The notes under the pieces were generated by a model. The model was given only the letters and a program-made list of their open reading frames with translations, was not told where the DNA came from and made no database searches. From a virus (lineage: Duplodnaviria; Caudoviricetes): a stretch of 64,000 nt of DNA. Below are positions 18,720 through 27,903 of this stretch, in pieces (within the stretch, counting starts at the first letter, position 1; each line of letters starts with the position of its first letter). The stretch is taken from the IMG/VR virus record IMGVR_UViG_3300022555_000045, positions 10,080 through 74,079 of that record. One strand, 5' to 3'. The position numbers and the translations under genes were made by a program.

Positions 18720-20084
18720 ATGCCAGTCTACGCTAATCATGCCAAGGAACTACTTTTTCTTAAAGCTAGGAAAGAAGGTAGGATAATTGTTAACAGGGAC
18801 GGTACCGTCGATACGCCAGATAAAAAGAATATAGGGCGTAAAGACAAAGACGGTTACGTTGTAATAACTTTAACAATTAACGGAGCTACTAAGAACATAC
18901 GGCGCGGTCGTCTAGTTTATTTAGTCTATATTGACAAAAACCTTGATCCTGTTTTGCAAATTAACCATAAGAACGGGATCAAGGATGATGATTGTGTAGA
19001 AAACATTGAGTCTATGACTGCTAGAGATAATATCTTACACGCTCATAGGACAGGTTTAGCCGACAATCGTCGTGCTCATGATGTAACCGACGATGCTACA
19101 GCTGCTAAGATTAGGAAAGTTTACTCTTACGGTTTTGACACATACGAGTCGGTTGGTAAGAAGTTTGGTGTGTCCGCAGGAGTAGTTGGACCTATAATTA
19201 AAAATGAACACTATATTGATCCTAACTACGATCCCTCTATTACCGCTGATATACGTAGTGGACGCTCCTTTGTTGACGAACAAGAGATGTACGATATGTA
19301 CATTTCTGGTAATTTCACCCACGCCGAGATAGGCAAGAAGTTTGGTGTTAGCACCAGAATAACACAGCGTGTAATTAACGCTTTTAACGCTGCTAAAGAG
19401 TCTTTTAACACTTCATTTAAACCTAACGACTTAGCTACGTGTAAGCATAATCGTAAGTTCACTGATGATGAGGTTCGTTACATTTTTAAACTTATAAATA
19501 CTAATAGGTATACCGATAAAGAAATTGGTGCTATGGTAGGCGTGTCTCGTCAAACCATTGGTGACTTACGTCTACGCAATACGTATAAATACGTTGATCT
19601 GTCTATTGAACCTCCTCGTACTATCGACTTGGTTAACCTAAAAAAGAAAATGTCAGCTACTAATATTGACAGGGATAAAGACGATCCCTTACCTGCGTGC
19701 CGAAAGTTCACTGACGACGAGATATACGATATTCTTGATCTGTACGCTACTGGTAAGTATGCCCATAGGAAAATTGGTGCTCTATACGGAGTGTCGTGCC
19801 CTACTATCGGTGCTATACTTCGTGGACAGTCTTACGCGCACCTCGTTTCTAACTATGTGCCAGGTTCTAGAAAGACTACTAATTCAAAACTACCGGAAGT
19901 TTTAGCACTGTTTTCTATGCCTATTAAGCAAACTACCCCTGTTAAATCTGTAACGAAAACTGCAAACGTCACTAAAATCGAGTCCAAGAGTAATAGGCAA
20001 GTTAAGCCTATTAAGACGGCTAAATCTGCCAAGTCAAGTAAAAATCCAGGAAAGGTTCTTAAACTCAAGAATCTTTTCGGTTAG
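18720..20084 (+). CDS. HNH homing endonuclease with multiple C-terminal HTH repeats
   Basis: INHKNGIKDDDCVENIESMTARDN (I-HmuI-like HNH), followed by repeats such as RKFTDDEV...EIGAMVGVSRQTI and RKFTDDEI...KIGALYGVSCPTI. Confidence 0.8.
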   Translation: MPVYANHAKELLFLKARKEGRIIVNRDGTVDTPDKKNIGRKDKDGYVVITLTINGATKNIRRGRLVYLVYIDKNLDPVLQINHKNGIKDDDCVENIESMTARDNILHAHRTGLADNRRAHDVTDDATAAKIRKVYSYGFDTYESVGKKFGVSAGVVGPIIKNEHYIDPNYDPSITADIRSGRSFVDEQEMYDMYISGNFTHAEIGKKFGVSTRITQRVINAFNAAKESFNTSFKPNDLATCKHNRKFTDDEVRYIFKLINTNRYTDKEIGAMVGVSRQTIGDLRLRNTYKYVDLSIEPPRTIDLVNLKKKMSATNIDRDKDDPLPACRKFTDDEIYDILDLYATGKYAHRKIGALYGVSCPTIGAILRGQSYAHLVSNYVPGSRKTTNSKLPEVLALFSMPIKQTTPVKSVTKTANVTKIESKSNRQVKPIKTAKSAKSSKNPGKVLKLKNLFG

Positions 20085-20299
20085 AAAATTTTAGCACTAA
20101 TAACAGGAAAATTTTTTGGGTTAATCTTAATTTTGAGTAATCCAGTTTTCTAAAAGTTATTTCGTGTTTTAAGATTTTCTAAAACCCTACGTAAATTCTA
20201 CCACTAAGTTGTCCTAGTTACCCTACTAAACACAGCACAATAACCCACTCTCATCAAGATGATTTATAATCAAAAATTGGAATCATCTTAATTTTGATA

Positions 20300-20630
20300 A
20301 TAGAGTTCCTAAGGAGTCTTTAGGATCCTCCGACTCCACCCGATAGGTTAGTAAGTCCTTTCCTTGAGGTATGAGGGGATCAGACCACGTGAATGAAAGA
20401 TTCCGTAGACGATACTGAAGAATATATAGGCACCGTAGGTTGTCGCCTCAGACCTACGCTCTGCGGTTGGGGACTAAACAGTCGTATAAGGTGTTAAGGA
20501 CAGTGAACCCAGCTCAAAACCTTCGGATATCAGGTCGAGAGGAAGACCAAAACCAAGGACAACTTGGCGGAGGCACAACAGTTGACACACTGCTAGGCTT
20601 CGTTTCTTGTAGCCTATACAAAGTGTCGCC
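20300..20630 (+). ncRNA. omega-RNA (HEARO-like) with 5' guide
   Basis: The conserved HEARO core is recognisable: gaatatataggcaccgtaggttgtcgcctcagacctacgctctgcgg...taaacag...gacagtg...aaaacc...gtcgagagg. P1 helix gatcctc (20324) pairs with ggggatc (20375-20381). Exact ends are inferred. Confidence 0.82.
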
Positions 20631-22002
20631 CTAAGAAAGTTATTACCATGGCTGAAGTCAAAGAATCTAAACCAAAGAAACCACCTGTTATCGTTTTCGT
20701 GTTAAATGTGAACGGTAAACCTCTGATGCCTTGCAAATCCCAAACTGCTAGACATCTCCTGAAAGACGGTAAAGCTAAAGTTGTTTCCAAGTTACCTTTC
20801 ACTATCAAACTGCTACAACCTACCACTAACTATACCCAGCCTATCTCTGCTGCTTTGATAGTAAATTCTACTGCGGTTAAGACCGCAGCAGTTAGAATCG
20901 ATTCTGAAGAGTCTACTCCGATTCCTCTCTATGTTTCTGTAACTGTTCTCCGTAATGACATTTCTGGTAAACTAGAGCAACGAGGTAACTATCGTAGAAC
21001 GCGGCGCTCTAGGAAGACACGTTATCGCGAACAACGGTCTAACAACCGAGCTAATTCCTGTAAGAATGGTAAGATACCGCCTTCCATTAGGTCTAAACTA
21101 GAATCTATTGAGCGTATAAAGAAGAAGATTAACCGTCTACTTCCTAACGTTCAGTGGAAAGAGCAGCTTTCCTCCTTCTCCAAGAAACGGTTAGAGAACC
21201 CTAAGTCTAAAAACTGGAAGACCGCTAACGATAATAATTCTGACTGGCTTAACATTAAAGGTGCAGTGTTAGCTAGAGACAGTTACCGTTGTCAGATGGT
21301 AAAAGGCGGCAAGCATTCTCACGAGCTTCACGTTCACCACAAGATTCCTAGGTCAGACGGCGGTACTAATGAGTTAGATAACCTTATTACTGCTTGTAAG
21401 GATCACCACGTAGCCTATCATAAAGGTAAGTTGAAGTACAACGGTACTAGAGTTTCTACTAAACGTACGACCCATATGGATATAATACGGTCTCAGAGAA
21501 TTAAGAAAGGTTGTAAACAAACCTTCGGTTACCTTACCAAAAAGAAGAGGATTAAGTGGGAAGTAGAAGGTGCTGATCACGACGCCATCCTAGCTGCTTG
21601 TGGCTTGAAGAATCATAAGCCTGAACTGAACTATGTTACCTATCAGGAACGTCATGTTGCTCACGGGGATTATCAACAGACGTGGGGTAAACACTCAGAG
21701 AAGGTGTATCAAACAGGAAAATTGTTTGACTTACGGAAGTTTGATCTAGTTAGAATAATGTATAAAGGCAATCTCTTAACTGGCTTTGTTAAAGGCAAGC
21801 GCGCTACAGGTTATTTTGATATAATGGGAATAGACAATAAGACTATTCTTACTAAAGAGGGTAGAAAACTTAGCGGAGTTAATGTTAAAAAATACAGCGT
21901 TAGGTTACAAGCTAGGTCAACTACTTTGATTCAACCATTAGCATAAGAAAGGGTCGCTTTATTCTTCACTAAAAGTGTTGAAGTATATAGCGATAAACAT
22001 TA
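20324..22002 (+). mobile_element. Non-autonomous IS200/IS605-family IscB (OMEGA) element
   Basis: HEARO/omega-RNA, then iscB, then a right-end hairpin (tcgct...cactaaaagtg...agcga, 21954-21993), followed by ATGA. No tnpA in the window. Confidence 0.8.
20648..21946 (+). CDS. iscB: IscB RNA-guided nuclease, RuvC-inactivated variant
   Basis: PLMP domain (VFVLNVNGKPLMPC), Arg-rich bridge helix (QRGNYRRTRRSRKTRYR) and HNH (LHVHHKIPRSDGGTNELDNLITACKDHHVAYH). RuvC-I reads ISAALIVNS instead of LGxDxGS. Confidence 0.9.
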   Translation: MAEVKESKPKKPPVIVFVLNVNGKPLMPCKSQTARHLLKDGKAKVVSKLPFTIKLLQPTTNYTQPISAALIVNSTAVKTAAVRIDSEESTPIPLYVSVTVLRNDISGKLEQRGNYRRTRRSRKTRYREQRSNNRANSCKNGKIPPSIRSKLESIERIKKKINRLLPNVQWKEQLSSFSKKRLENPKSKNWKTANDNNSDWLNIKGAVLARDSYRCQMVKGGKHSHELHVHHKIPRSDGGTNELDNLITACKDHHVAYHKGKLKYNGTRVSTKRTTHMDIIRSQRIKKGCKQTFGYLTKKKRIKWEVEGADHDAILAACGLKNHKPELNYVTYQERHVAHGDYQQTWGKHSEKVYQTGKLFDLRKFDLVRIMYKGNLLTGFVKGKRATGYFDIMGIDNKTILTKEGRKLSGVNVKKYSVRLQARSTTLIQPLA

Positions 22003-23961
22003 ATGAAGTTTGAAACCACTGCTGCCATTCTGGCATCTGCTGACAGGCCGGTGCTAGCAGGGCATGACAAGGGGCAACTCCGTAGCGTTACGCTTGCCCT
22101 TTTACATTGCTCTGATTGTGATACTAACATCCTTACAAACTACTCTCTACATGCAGGTTGTGTAGCTTGTGGAAGTACTTTAATTCCGTCAGAATCGATT
22201 GTCCAGAAAGATACCGCTGGCAATCCACTTACTGATAAAGACGGTGATACAGTAATTGCTACCATCGACGTTGATAAGTCGGCTTTAGCTAACTTAGAAA
22301 TCGTCGCTACTTGCACAGAGTGTGATACTACTTTCCGTAGCGATGCAGTATTTGCGTCGTCCCTTTCTAACGAGCAGATTTATTGCCCAGTATGCTCTTC
22401 AGTTTTGGAGATCGCTGCTGAAGCTACTCCTGATGCCACCCCAGAAGCAGCACCTGCTGAAGAAGAGGCTCCCGCAGAACCTTTGAACGACAACGCAGGT
22501 GATGAACCTTCTACTGCTATGACTGATGATGACGTTAAGGCTGACGGTCAGTTGATTACTTCTAACGCTAAGCACACTAAAGAGCATCACGATAAGCACA
22601 AGCCTGAACACAAGGCTGAAGAGCCAAGTGAAAAGAAGCCTGATCATAAAGCCGAGCACGAGGAAAAGAAGCCGGAACACAAGCCAGAAGATAAGAAGGT
22701 TGAAAAGACTGAAGAAGTTAAAGCAACCTCTGAAACCCCAGTTGTTGAAGACGAAGGTCTGAAAGACACTGGCGCTACTGGACCCAAGGTTGTTAAGATT
22801 ACAGCCAACGAACTTCTTGAAGCCCCGAAGGCTGCCGAGCACAAGCACGATGAAAAGTGTGAAGGTAAAGGATGCAAAGACGTGACCGCTGCTGAAGATG
22901 CACCCAAAGCTGACGAGACTAAAGCAGAAGACACCAAGACTGACGCTAAAGGTGATGAAGGTTCTGAAGAGCATCACAAGAAGCACCACGACAAGCACAA
23001 AGAGCATGCTAAACACGAACATAAAGAGCATGCTAAACACGAACATAAAGAGCATGCTAAACACGAGCACAAGAAGCACGCTGAAAAGACTGACGACGAG
23101 TCTGCGGAAGCCACTAAGAAGACAGACGAAGCTCCCAAGGCTGAAGAGACCAAGGAAGTTAAGGCTATTCTTGAGGTTGACGCTTCGGTAATGTTGCTTG
23201 GTGGTAATGCTACTAGCTACAACTTTGTTATGTCAAGTGCTGATAAACCCACTTGGTTCTTGTTTGCTGACAATCGTCCAGTTGCTTGGTCAGATAAGAC
23301 TGCCGTATCTGCTAACTTAGCTAAGCATTATGACAGTCAAGCTTTTGGTAAAGCGTTTGCTGCCGCTGCTGCAGACGGTATTACTCCCGAGCTTATTAAG
23401 GAATTTGGTCTAGCTGCTTCAACAATTCGGTTTGAAACCGACGAAGTTACCGCTTGTGCTATTAAGACTGCGGTAGAAGCTAAGACTAAAGAACTTAATG
23501 ATCGGTTAGTACAGGTTAAGTCATCTTTTGAACAGGCTGTTGGTATTGCTGCCGTTGGTGTTAACAAGAACTTCTTTGCAGACGCTCCAAATACTCTGCG
23601 TAAGGCTCTTGTTAGTGTTCTTAGTAGCATTAACGTCAATCATCCTGAACACCTAGTTGATTCAGTACTTGCTCAGCACGGTCAGGATTATCTGAAGGCT
23701 ATTATTGCTAAGGCAATGGACCTACAGACTAAATCACCTGATATGCTTAATGAATACGCTAATTTAGTTGAGTCAGCACCGTACACTTCTGGCGTTGTTT
23801 CTACTCCGTCCAGTGCTGGTGAACGTCATGCTAACGAATTAGCCGCTGGTAGCATGCCTCTTTCAGTCTCTGCCTCTCTGATGGAAGACAAGCCCGTTGC
23901 TCCACAGGACAATATTCGTCGGTTGTTCAAGGACATTGGCCGTACCCCTCGTCGTATTTAA
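22003..23961 (+). CDS. Probable capsid scaffold protein with N-terminal Zn fingers and a His/Lys/Glu-rich linker
   Basis: Located between the protease and capsid genes; four CxxC pairs, a charged low-complexity middle and a helical C-terminus. Confidence 0.7.
   Translation: MKFETTAAILASADRPVLAGHDKGQLRSVTLALLHCSDCDTNILTNYSLHAGCVACGSTLIPSESIVQKDTAGNPLTDKDGDTVIATIDVDKSALANLEIVATCTECDTTFRSDAVFASSLSNEQIYCPVCSSVLEIAAEATPDATPEAAPAEEEAPAEPLNDNAGDEPSTAMTDDDVKADGQLITSNAKHTKEHHDKHKPEHKAEEPSEKKPDHKAEHEEKKPEHKPEDKKVEKTEEVKATSETPVVEDEGLKDTGATGPKVVKITANELLEAPKAAEHKHDEKCEGKGCKDVTAAEDAPKADETKAEDTKTDAKGDEGSEEHHKKHHDKHKEHAKHEHKEHAKHEHKEHAKHEHKKHAEKTDDESAEATKKTDEAPKAEETKEVKAILEVDASVMLLGGNATSYNFVMSSADKPTWFLFADNRPVAWSDKTAVSANLAKHYDSQAFGKAFAAAAADGITPELIKEFGLAASTIRFETDEVTACAIKTAVEAKTKELNDRLVQVKSSFEQAVGIAAVGVNKNFFADAPNTLRKALVSVLSSINVNHPEHLVDSVLAQHGQDYLKAIIAKAMDLQTKSPDMLNEYANLVESAPYTSGVVSTPSSAGERHANELAAGSMPLSVSASLMEDKPVAPQDNIRRLFKDIGRTPRRI
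22999..23070 (+). repeat. 24-bp coding tandem repeat x3 (KEHAKHEH)
   Basis: aaagagcatgctaaacacgaacat repeated three times, the last copy with two substitutions. Confidence 0.9.
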
Positions 23962-24046
23962 TACCCGGTTGGCTTCCAACCACTGATTAGTAATCAACGC
24001 CTCTGGGGTTTTTAAAGAAAACAACCCCGAATTAGGAGACCTTTAG

Positions 24047-24751
24047 ATGTTTGATTTTGCACGTACTCGTATCGAAGCCAGCCGTGAGATCCCTACTTCT
24101 CCTCTTTATCAGATCACTTCTGAAGGCTTGGCCCTGGTTTCTGACCTGTACAATGGTCGTGGTGTAGTTCGTCCGTCATCTGGAACTAACGCCAACGAAA
24201 TCTTTGCCGGTTTCTCACTGGCTCAGAACATTGCCGGTACCGCCGCCATTCAGGTTGAAGACCTGCTTGTTCCTGCTAACGCTCCTTACACTGTTGCTCT
24301 GCAGCAGTCGCCGGACGCCGCTGCTAACACTCTCGTCAAGACTTCAGGTACTGGGGTTCTTACCTACAACGTAGCCGTTGGCGCTGGTCAGTTCAATCTG
24401 GTCAACAACGTTGTTACTTTCAACGCCGCTCAGGCTGGTCAGTCAGTTAAGGTTGTTTATCGTTATAACCTTTCAGCCCTCGCTGCTGAAATGCTGTATG
24501 GCGATCAGCCGATTGGTAAGACTGCCGCTTCTATTCTCAATTCAGTTTCTGTTATTACTAAGGGTGTTGTTTTCACTGACAATTACAACACTTCTGACGA
24601 TTATTCTACTGCAGTTGATGGTTCAGTTCCGGTCATCGCTGGAGCCAACGGACAGATTCAGCTTGGTGGGACAGGCGCTCGGGTCACCGGTCGTATCGTT
24701 CACGTTCCTACTGCTGACGTTCCTTTCCTTGGCGTTTACATTAACGTCTAA
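24047..24751 (+). CDS. Head structural / capsid decoration protein
   Basis: Beta-rich 234-aa protein immediately upstream of the major capsid gene; SD aggag. Confidence 0.6.
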   Translation: MFDFARTRIEASREIPTSPLYQITSEGLALVSDLYNGRGVVRPSSGTNANEIFAGFSLAQNIAGTAAIQVEDLLVPANAPYTVALQQSPDAAANTLVKTSGTGVLTYNVAVGAGQFNLVNNVVTFNAAQAGQSVKVVYRYNLSALAAEMLYGDQPIGKTAASILNSVSVITKGVVFTDNYNTSDDYSTAVDGSVPVIAGANGQIQLGGTGARVTGRIVHVPTADVPFLGVYINV

Positions 24752-24849
24752 CAGGCGTTCGCTGTGCTATAACAGCAATGTCTAACCGTTGTTTTTACAA
24801 CAGTACACCATCTCAATCTATAGACAACAGGTTTTAAGAGGATTATACA

Positions 24850-25947
24850 ATGACCGGATTTAATCTATCTCTGCGTAGTCAGAAGGGGCGTAACGCTGCT
24901 GCCGTTCCTGGTGTTCATTTTAAGCGCCCTGGTTCTAAAGAACGTCTCGTCGGTGCTAACGGTGAAATCAACGCCTCCAGCCGTACAGACCTTATTGTTC
25001 AGCTTGCTGCTCTTATTGATTCTAATAACCAAGGCATGATTGATGAAGGTGCTGGTGAAGTAACAGCTTCTGCTAAAGAGCGGAACGAAGTTCTTTCAGC
25101 AGCTTTCGCTGATAAGTCTGGTAGCCGTTGGTCCGAGATCGGTGCTGGTATGGCCGGTACCCTTTCTGAAGCCGCCGACCGTGACGGTTTCATGCGTAAG
25201 ATCCTTATTAAGGAAGAAGTCGCACAGGGTAACGTTCCCCGTATCCGCGTTCGTCGTAAGCGGGTCACTGCTATTATATCAGCCGGTAACGGTAGTATTT
25301 ACCCGACCATCGCTCGTGACGATTACTACTATCCGCCAGAATTCACCATTTCTGCTAACGTTCGCGTTGAAAAGCGTGAACTGAATCAGGGGTCAGGTGA
25401 CATTCTTGCTGACAAGTACCAGGAAGCCGCTGAGCAGGTACTCAAGACTGAGGATTTACGCTTAAAAGAATTGCTTGATGCCACCGTTGGTATTGCTAAC
25501 CCGCTCGTCGCACTTGTTGGTGGTTTGACTGTTAGTACTTTTACCCACATGCGCCAGCAGATTTCCGCTTATAATTTGCCAGTAAGCAAGTGCCTTTTTA
25601 GTAGCTCATATTGGAACGATTTGATCTCTTCTTCATCATTCGGTTCTTACTATGATCCAGTTACTAAGTATGAACTTCTTCAGACAGGTTACCTCGGTAA
25701 CATTCTTGGCGTAGACTTGATCAGCGATGCTTATAGGCACCCAAATCTTCGCGTTTTAGGCCAATCGGACTTCTACATGTTGGGCGACGGCGCGAATCTC
25801 GGGGCATATTGTGATCGAGGACCGATTGAGTCAGTGGAGGTATCTGAGGCTACTTTGGGTTCCAATTCACGTGGTTTCTTCTTAAGTGAGGATCTGGCTA
25901 TGTTACTATTTAATGCCAGGGCCGTTGTTCGTGCCGTTCGAGCCTAA
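24850..25947 (+). CDS. Major capsid protein
   Basis: 365 aa; RDGFMRKIL...QGNVPRIR and GYLGNILGVDLISDAYRHP are HK97-fold MCP segments typical of this jumbo phage type; highly biased codon usage. Confidence 0.85.
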   Translation: MTGFNLSLRSQKGRNAAAVPGVHFKRPGSKERLVGANGEINASSRTDLIVQLAALIDSNNQGMIDEGAGEVTASAKERNEVLSAAFADKSGSRWSEIGAGMAGTLSEAADRDGFMRKILIKEEVAQGNVPRIRVRRKRVTAIISAGNGSIYPTIARDDYYYPPEFTISANVRVEKRELNQGSGDILADKYQEAAEQVLKTEDLRLKELLDATVGIANPLVALVGGLTVSTFTHMRQQISAYNLPVSKCLFSSSYWNDLISSSSFGSYYDPVTKYELLQTGYLGNILGVDLISDAYRHPNLRVLGQSDFYMLGDGANLGAYCDRGPIESVEVSEATLGSNSRGFFLSEDLAMLLFNARAVVRAVRA

Positions 25948-26062
25948 TTCGCTAGTGATTGAGCCTGTTTGCTAGATTCTGTAGTAATCTGTTTCCTCTC
26001 AAGGTTGTATAACTGCTTAACCTTTGGTTGCAAACTTTCTTCACCAAGGTCTAAGATTTTTG

Positions 26063-26091
26063 TTGACTTCAGAATTACCTTGTGGTATACT
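26063..26091 (+). promoter_or_regulatory. sigma70-type promoter for the endonuclease gene
   Basis: TTGACT-17 bp-TATACT, flanked by the inverted repeat accaaggtctaa (26043) / ttagaccttggt (26108). Confidence 0.7.
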
Positions 26092-26138
26092 CTAGTTAAC
26101 GCTTAAATTAGACCTTGGTTTAGAGAAAGGTTAAGAAA

Positions 26139-27536
26139 GTGGCACGCGATTCCTCGGTTAAGAATTCTAAGTTCCCGTATAGCGACTCCTACTTAGCTAA
26201 GAATAATCTTACTAGAAACTCTTCTGGTTACTTAATAGACGCTTCTACTGGAAGAATAGCTAAGAAAACCACTAAACTATTTAAGTACGAACTGCATCAA
26301 AATTTTGGTAATGACTACCTCCTAAAGGGAGAATATTTAGGATCGAAAGTAGTTCATACGTTCACGCATTCTTGTGGCCTAGACTTTCAAGCTAAAGCTA
26401 ACCTATTGTTATTAGGCCGTGCTAAGTGCCCGTGTAGCACACAATTACATGTACACACTTTCGAAACTCACTCTAAACAAATTTTAGAGCTTTGGGGTGG
26501 AAAATACCTTTTAAACATTTTTAATGGTGGAGATAAGTACACTAATAACTATAAGCATAACCCAGAAGTTGGTGGGTGTGGCGGTGACTTTGATGCTTAT
26601 TTTGGTACAATGGCTTATAGAAAGGTGTGTCCTAAGTGTCCTTGTTGCGATACTATGATTGGGCGTACTGTAACTTGTGAAATAGCTAACGATCGCCTTA
26701 GCCAACAGACTAATGACTTCTACTTTGTAGAAGAGTCTTACGTTAACATCCATACACCTTGTAAAATAATACATAAAGGGTGTAATAAACCTTTCGTTAG
26801 AAATCCTAGCGAGTTTTTAAGGTACAAACACAAGTTTTGTCCAGGTTGTCATGGAGAACACGGCACGGATAGGATGTTTCTTGAGGAAGACCTAGTCAGG
26901 CAACGAGTAAAAGACAAAGACTCTGACTGGGATTTAGTATCTGGAACGTTTAATGGTATAAACAGGAACGCTACTTTTGTTCATAAGTGTGGCAATACTA
27001 TAACTCGTCGTCCAGCAGGATTTTTTAAGAATCCTGTATACTGTATAACTTGTGACGGGGGTAAAGGTCCAGGTGCTAAACACATCATGACCTATGAAGG
27101 TGTTGACTATTTATACCAAGGGTTTGAAGATCAAACCCGCTTGGAACTTTTCAAGAAATACAAACCGTCATCTATTATTTCTGGACATGAACTTGGAAAA
27201 CGGTTAACTGTAAACTATATGTTTAAAGGTGAGACGTTAACTTACTTTCCTGACTTTCATGTTTGGCGTGCTAACCTTGTAGTAGAAAGTAAGTGCTTAG
27301 CTACATTAGGTATTGTAGATAAAAACCATTTGTTTGGTGGTCATGACTTGTATAGTAAAAATCAAGCTAAGGCTGCCGAAACATTAAGGTTAGGTTACAA
27401 GTACGAATTTCACCTCTATGATGAAGTTAGTAGGTTACGTCTTTGGTCTCTACCTAACAATTGGTATAAATTACCAATTCTAGAGTTGGCAAAAATACTG
27501 GTACTAGATATCAACATGTCTACTTACTTTAAGTGA
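26139..27536 (+). CDS. Putative free-standing homing endonuclease: Zn-ribbon repeats plus a C-terminal PD-(D/E)XK domain
   Basis: Repeated HxCG/CPxC modules; C-terminal YFPDFHV...VVESKC. Confidence 0.7.
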   Translation: MARDSSVKNSKFPYSDSYLAKNNLTRNSSGYLIDASTGRIAKKTTKLFKYELHQNFGNDYLLKGEYLGSKVVHTFTHSCGLDFQAKANLLLLGRAKCPCSTQLHVHTFETHSKQILELWGGKYLLNIFNGGDKYTNNYKHNPEVGGCGGDFDAYFGTMAYRKVCPKCPCCDTMIGRTVTCEIANDRLSQQTNDFYFVEESYVNIHTPCKIIHKGCNKPFVRNPSEFLRYKHKFCPGCHGEHGTDRMFLEEDLVRQRVKDKDSDWDLVSGTFNGINRNATFVHKCGNTITRRPAGFFKNPVYCITCDGGKGPGAKHIMTYEGVDYLYQGFEDQTRLELFKKYKPSSIISGHELGKRLTVNYMFKGETLTYFPDFHVWRANLVVESKCLATLGIVDKNHLFGGHDLYSKNQAKAAETLRLGYKYEFHLYDEVSRLRLWSLPNNWYKLPILELAKILVLDINMSTYFK

Positions 27537-27560
27537 AAACTTAACAAACTGATTGATACT

Positions 27561-27788
27561 TTGGACCCTGTTAAGTTACCTCCTTTGACTGAGACGCAAA
27601 AGTTATTTCAGTCTATCAGGAAGGAAGTTTTACGTGGTACAAACATACGAGTCAAAAATCTCTATAACTTAATCAGTGAATCTGTAGGCTGGAATTTTGA
27701 CCCGATTACTAACCTAATGATAATAACTACTTTAGACCCTAGAACAAAACACCCTATAGAGCACTTAGTAGAGTTTGTTAAAGACTAG
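27561..27788 (+). CDS. Small hypothetical protein
   Basis: 75-aa ORF with TTG start; weak support. Confidence 0.4.
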   Translation: MDPVKLPPLTETQKLFQSIRKEVLRGTNIRVKNLYNLISESVGWNFDPITNLMIITTLDPRTKHPIEHLVEFVKD

Positions 27789-27903
27789 AGTTCTTAACCG
27801 AGGAATCGTGTGTCATCTCAACTTGCAACCTTGAGAGACCCAGGCTTAAAACCCATCCTAACCACACCATAAGATACCCGCCGAGAGTAAGGAGTTTTAA
27901 TAA

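Noticed and set aside
20324-20647. IStron (group I intron plus IscB) that would splice out and restore the scaffold SD
   Set aside because: The roughly 320 nt before iscB are fully accounted for by the omega-RNA; I see no room or P7-type core for a group I intron. RT-PCR would be the final test.
22399-23639. Long minus-strand ORFs opposite the scaffold, TMP, terL and sheath (e.g. 22399..23079, 45684..46352)
   Set aside because: These are shadow ORFs from biased codon usage and repeats of the + strand genes; they have no SD and no recognisable domains.
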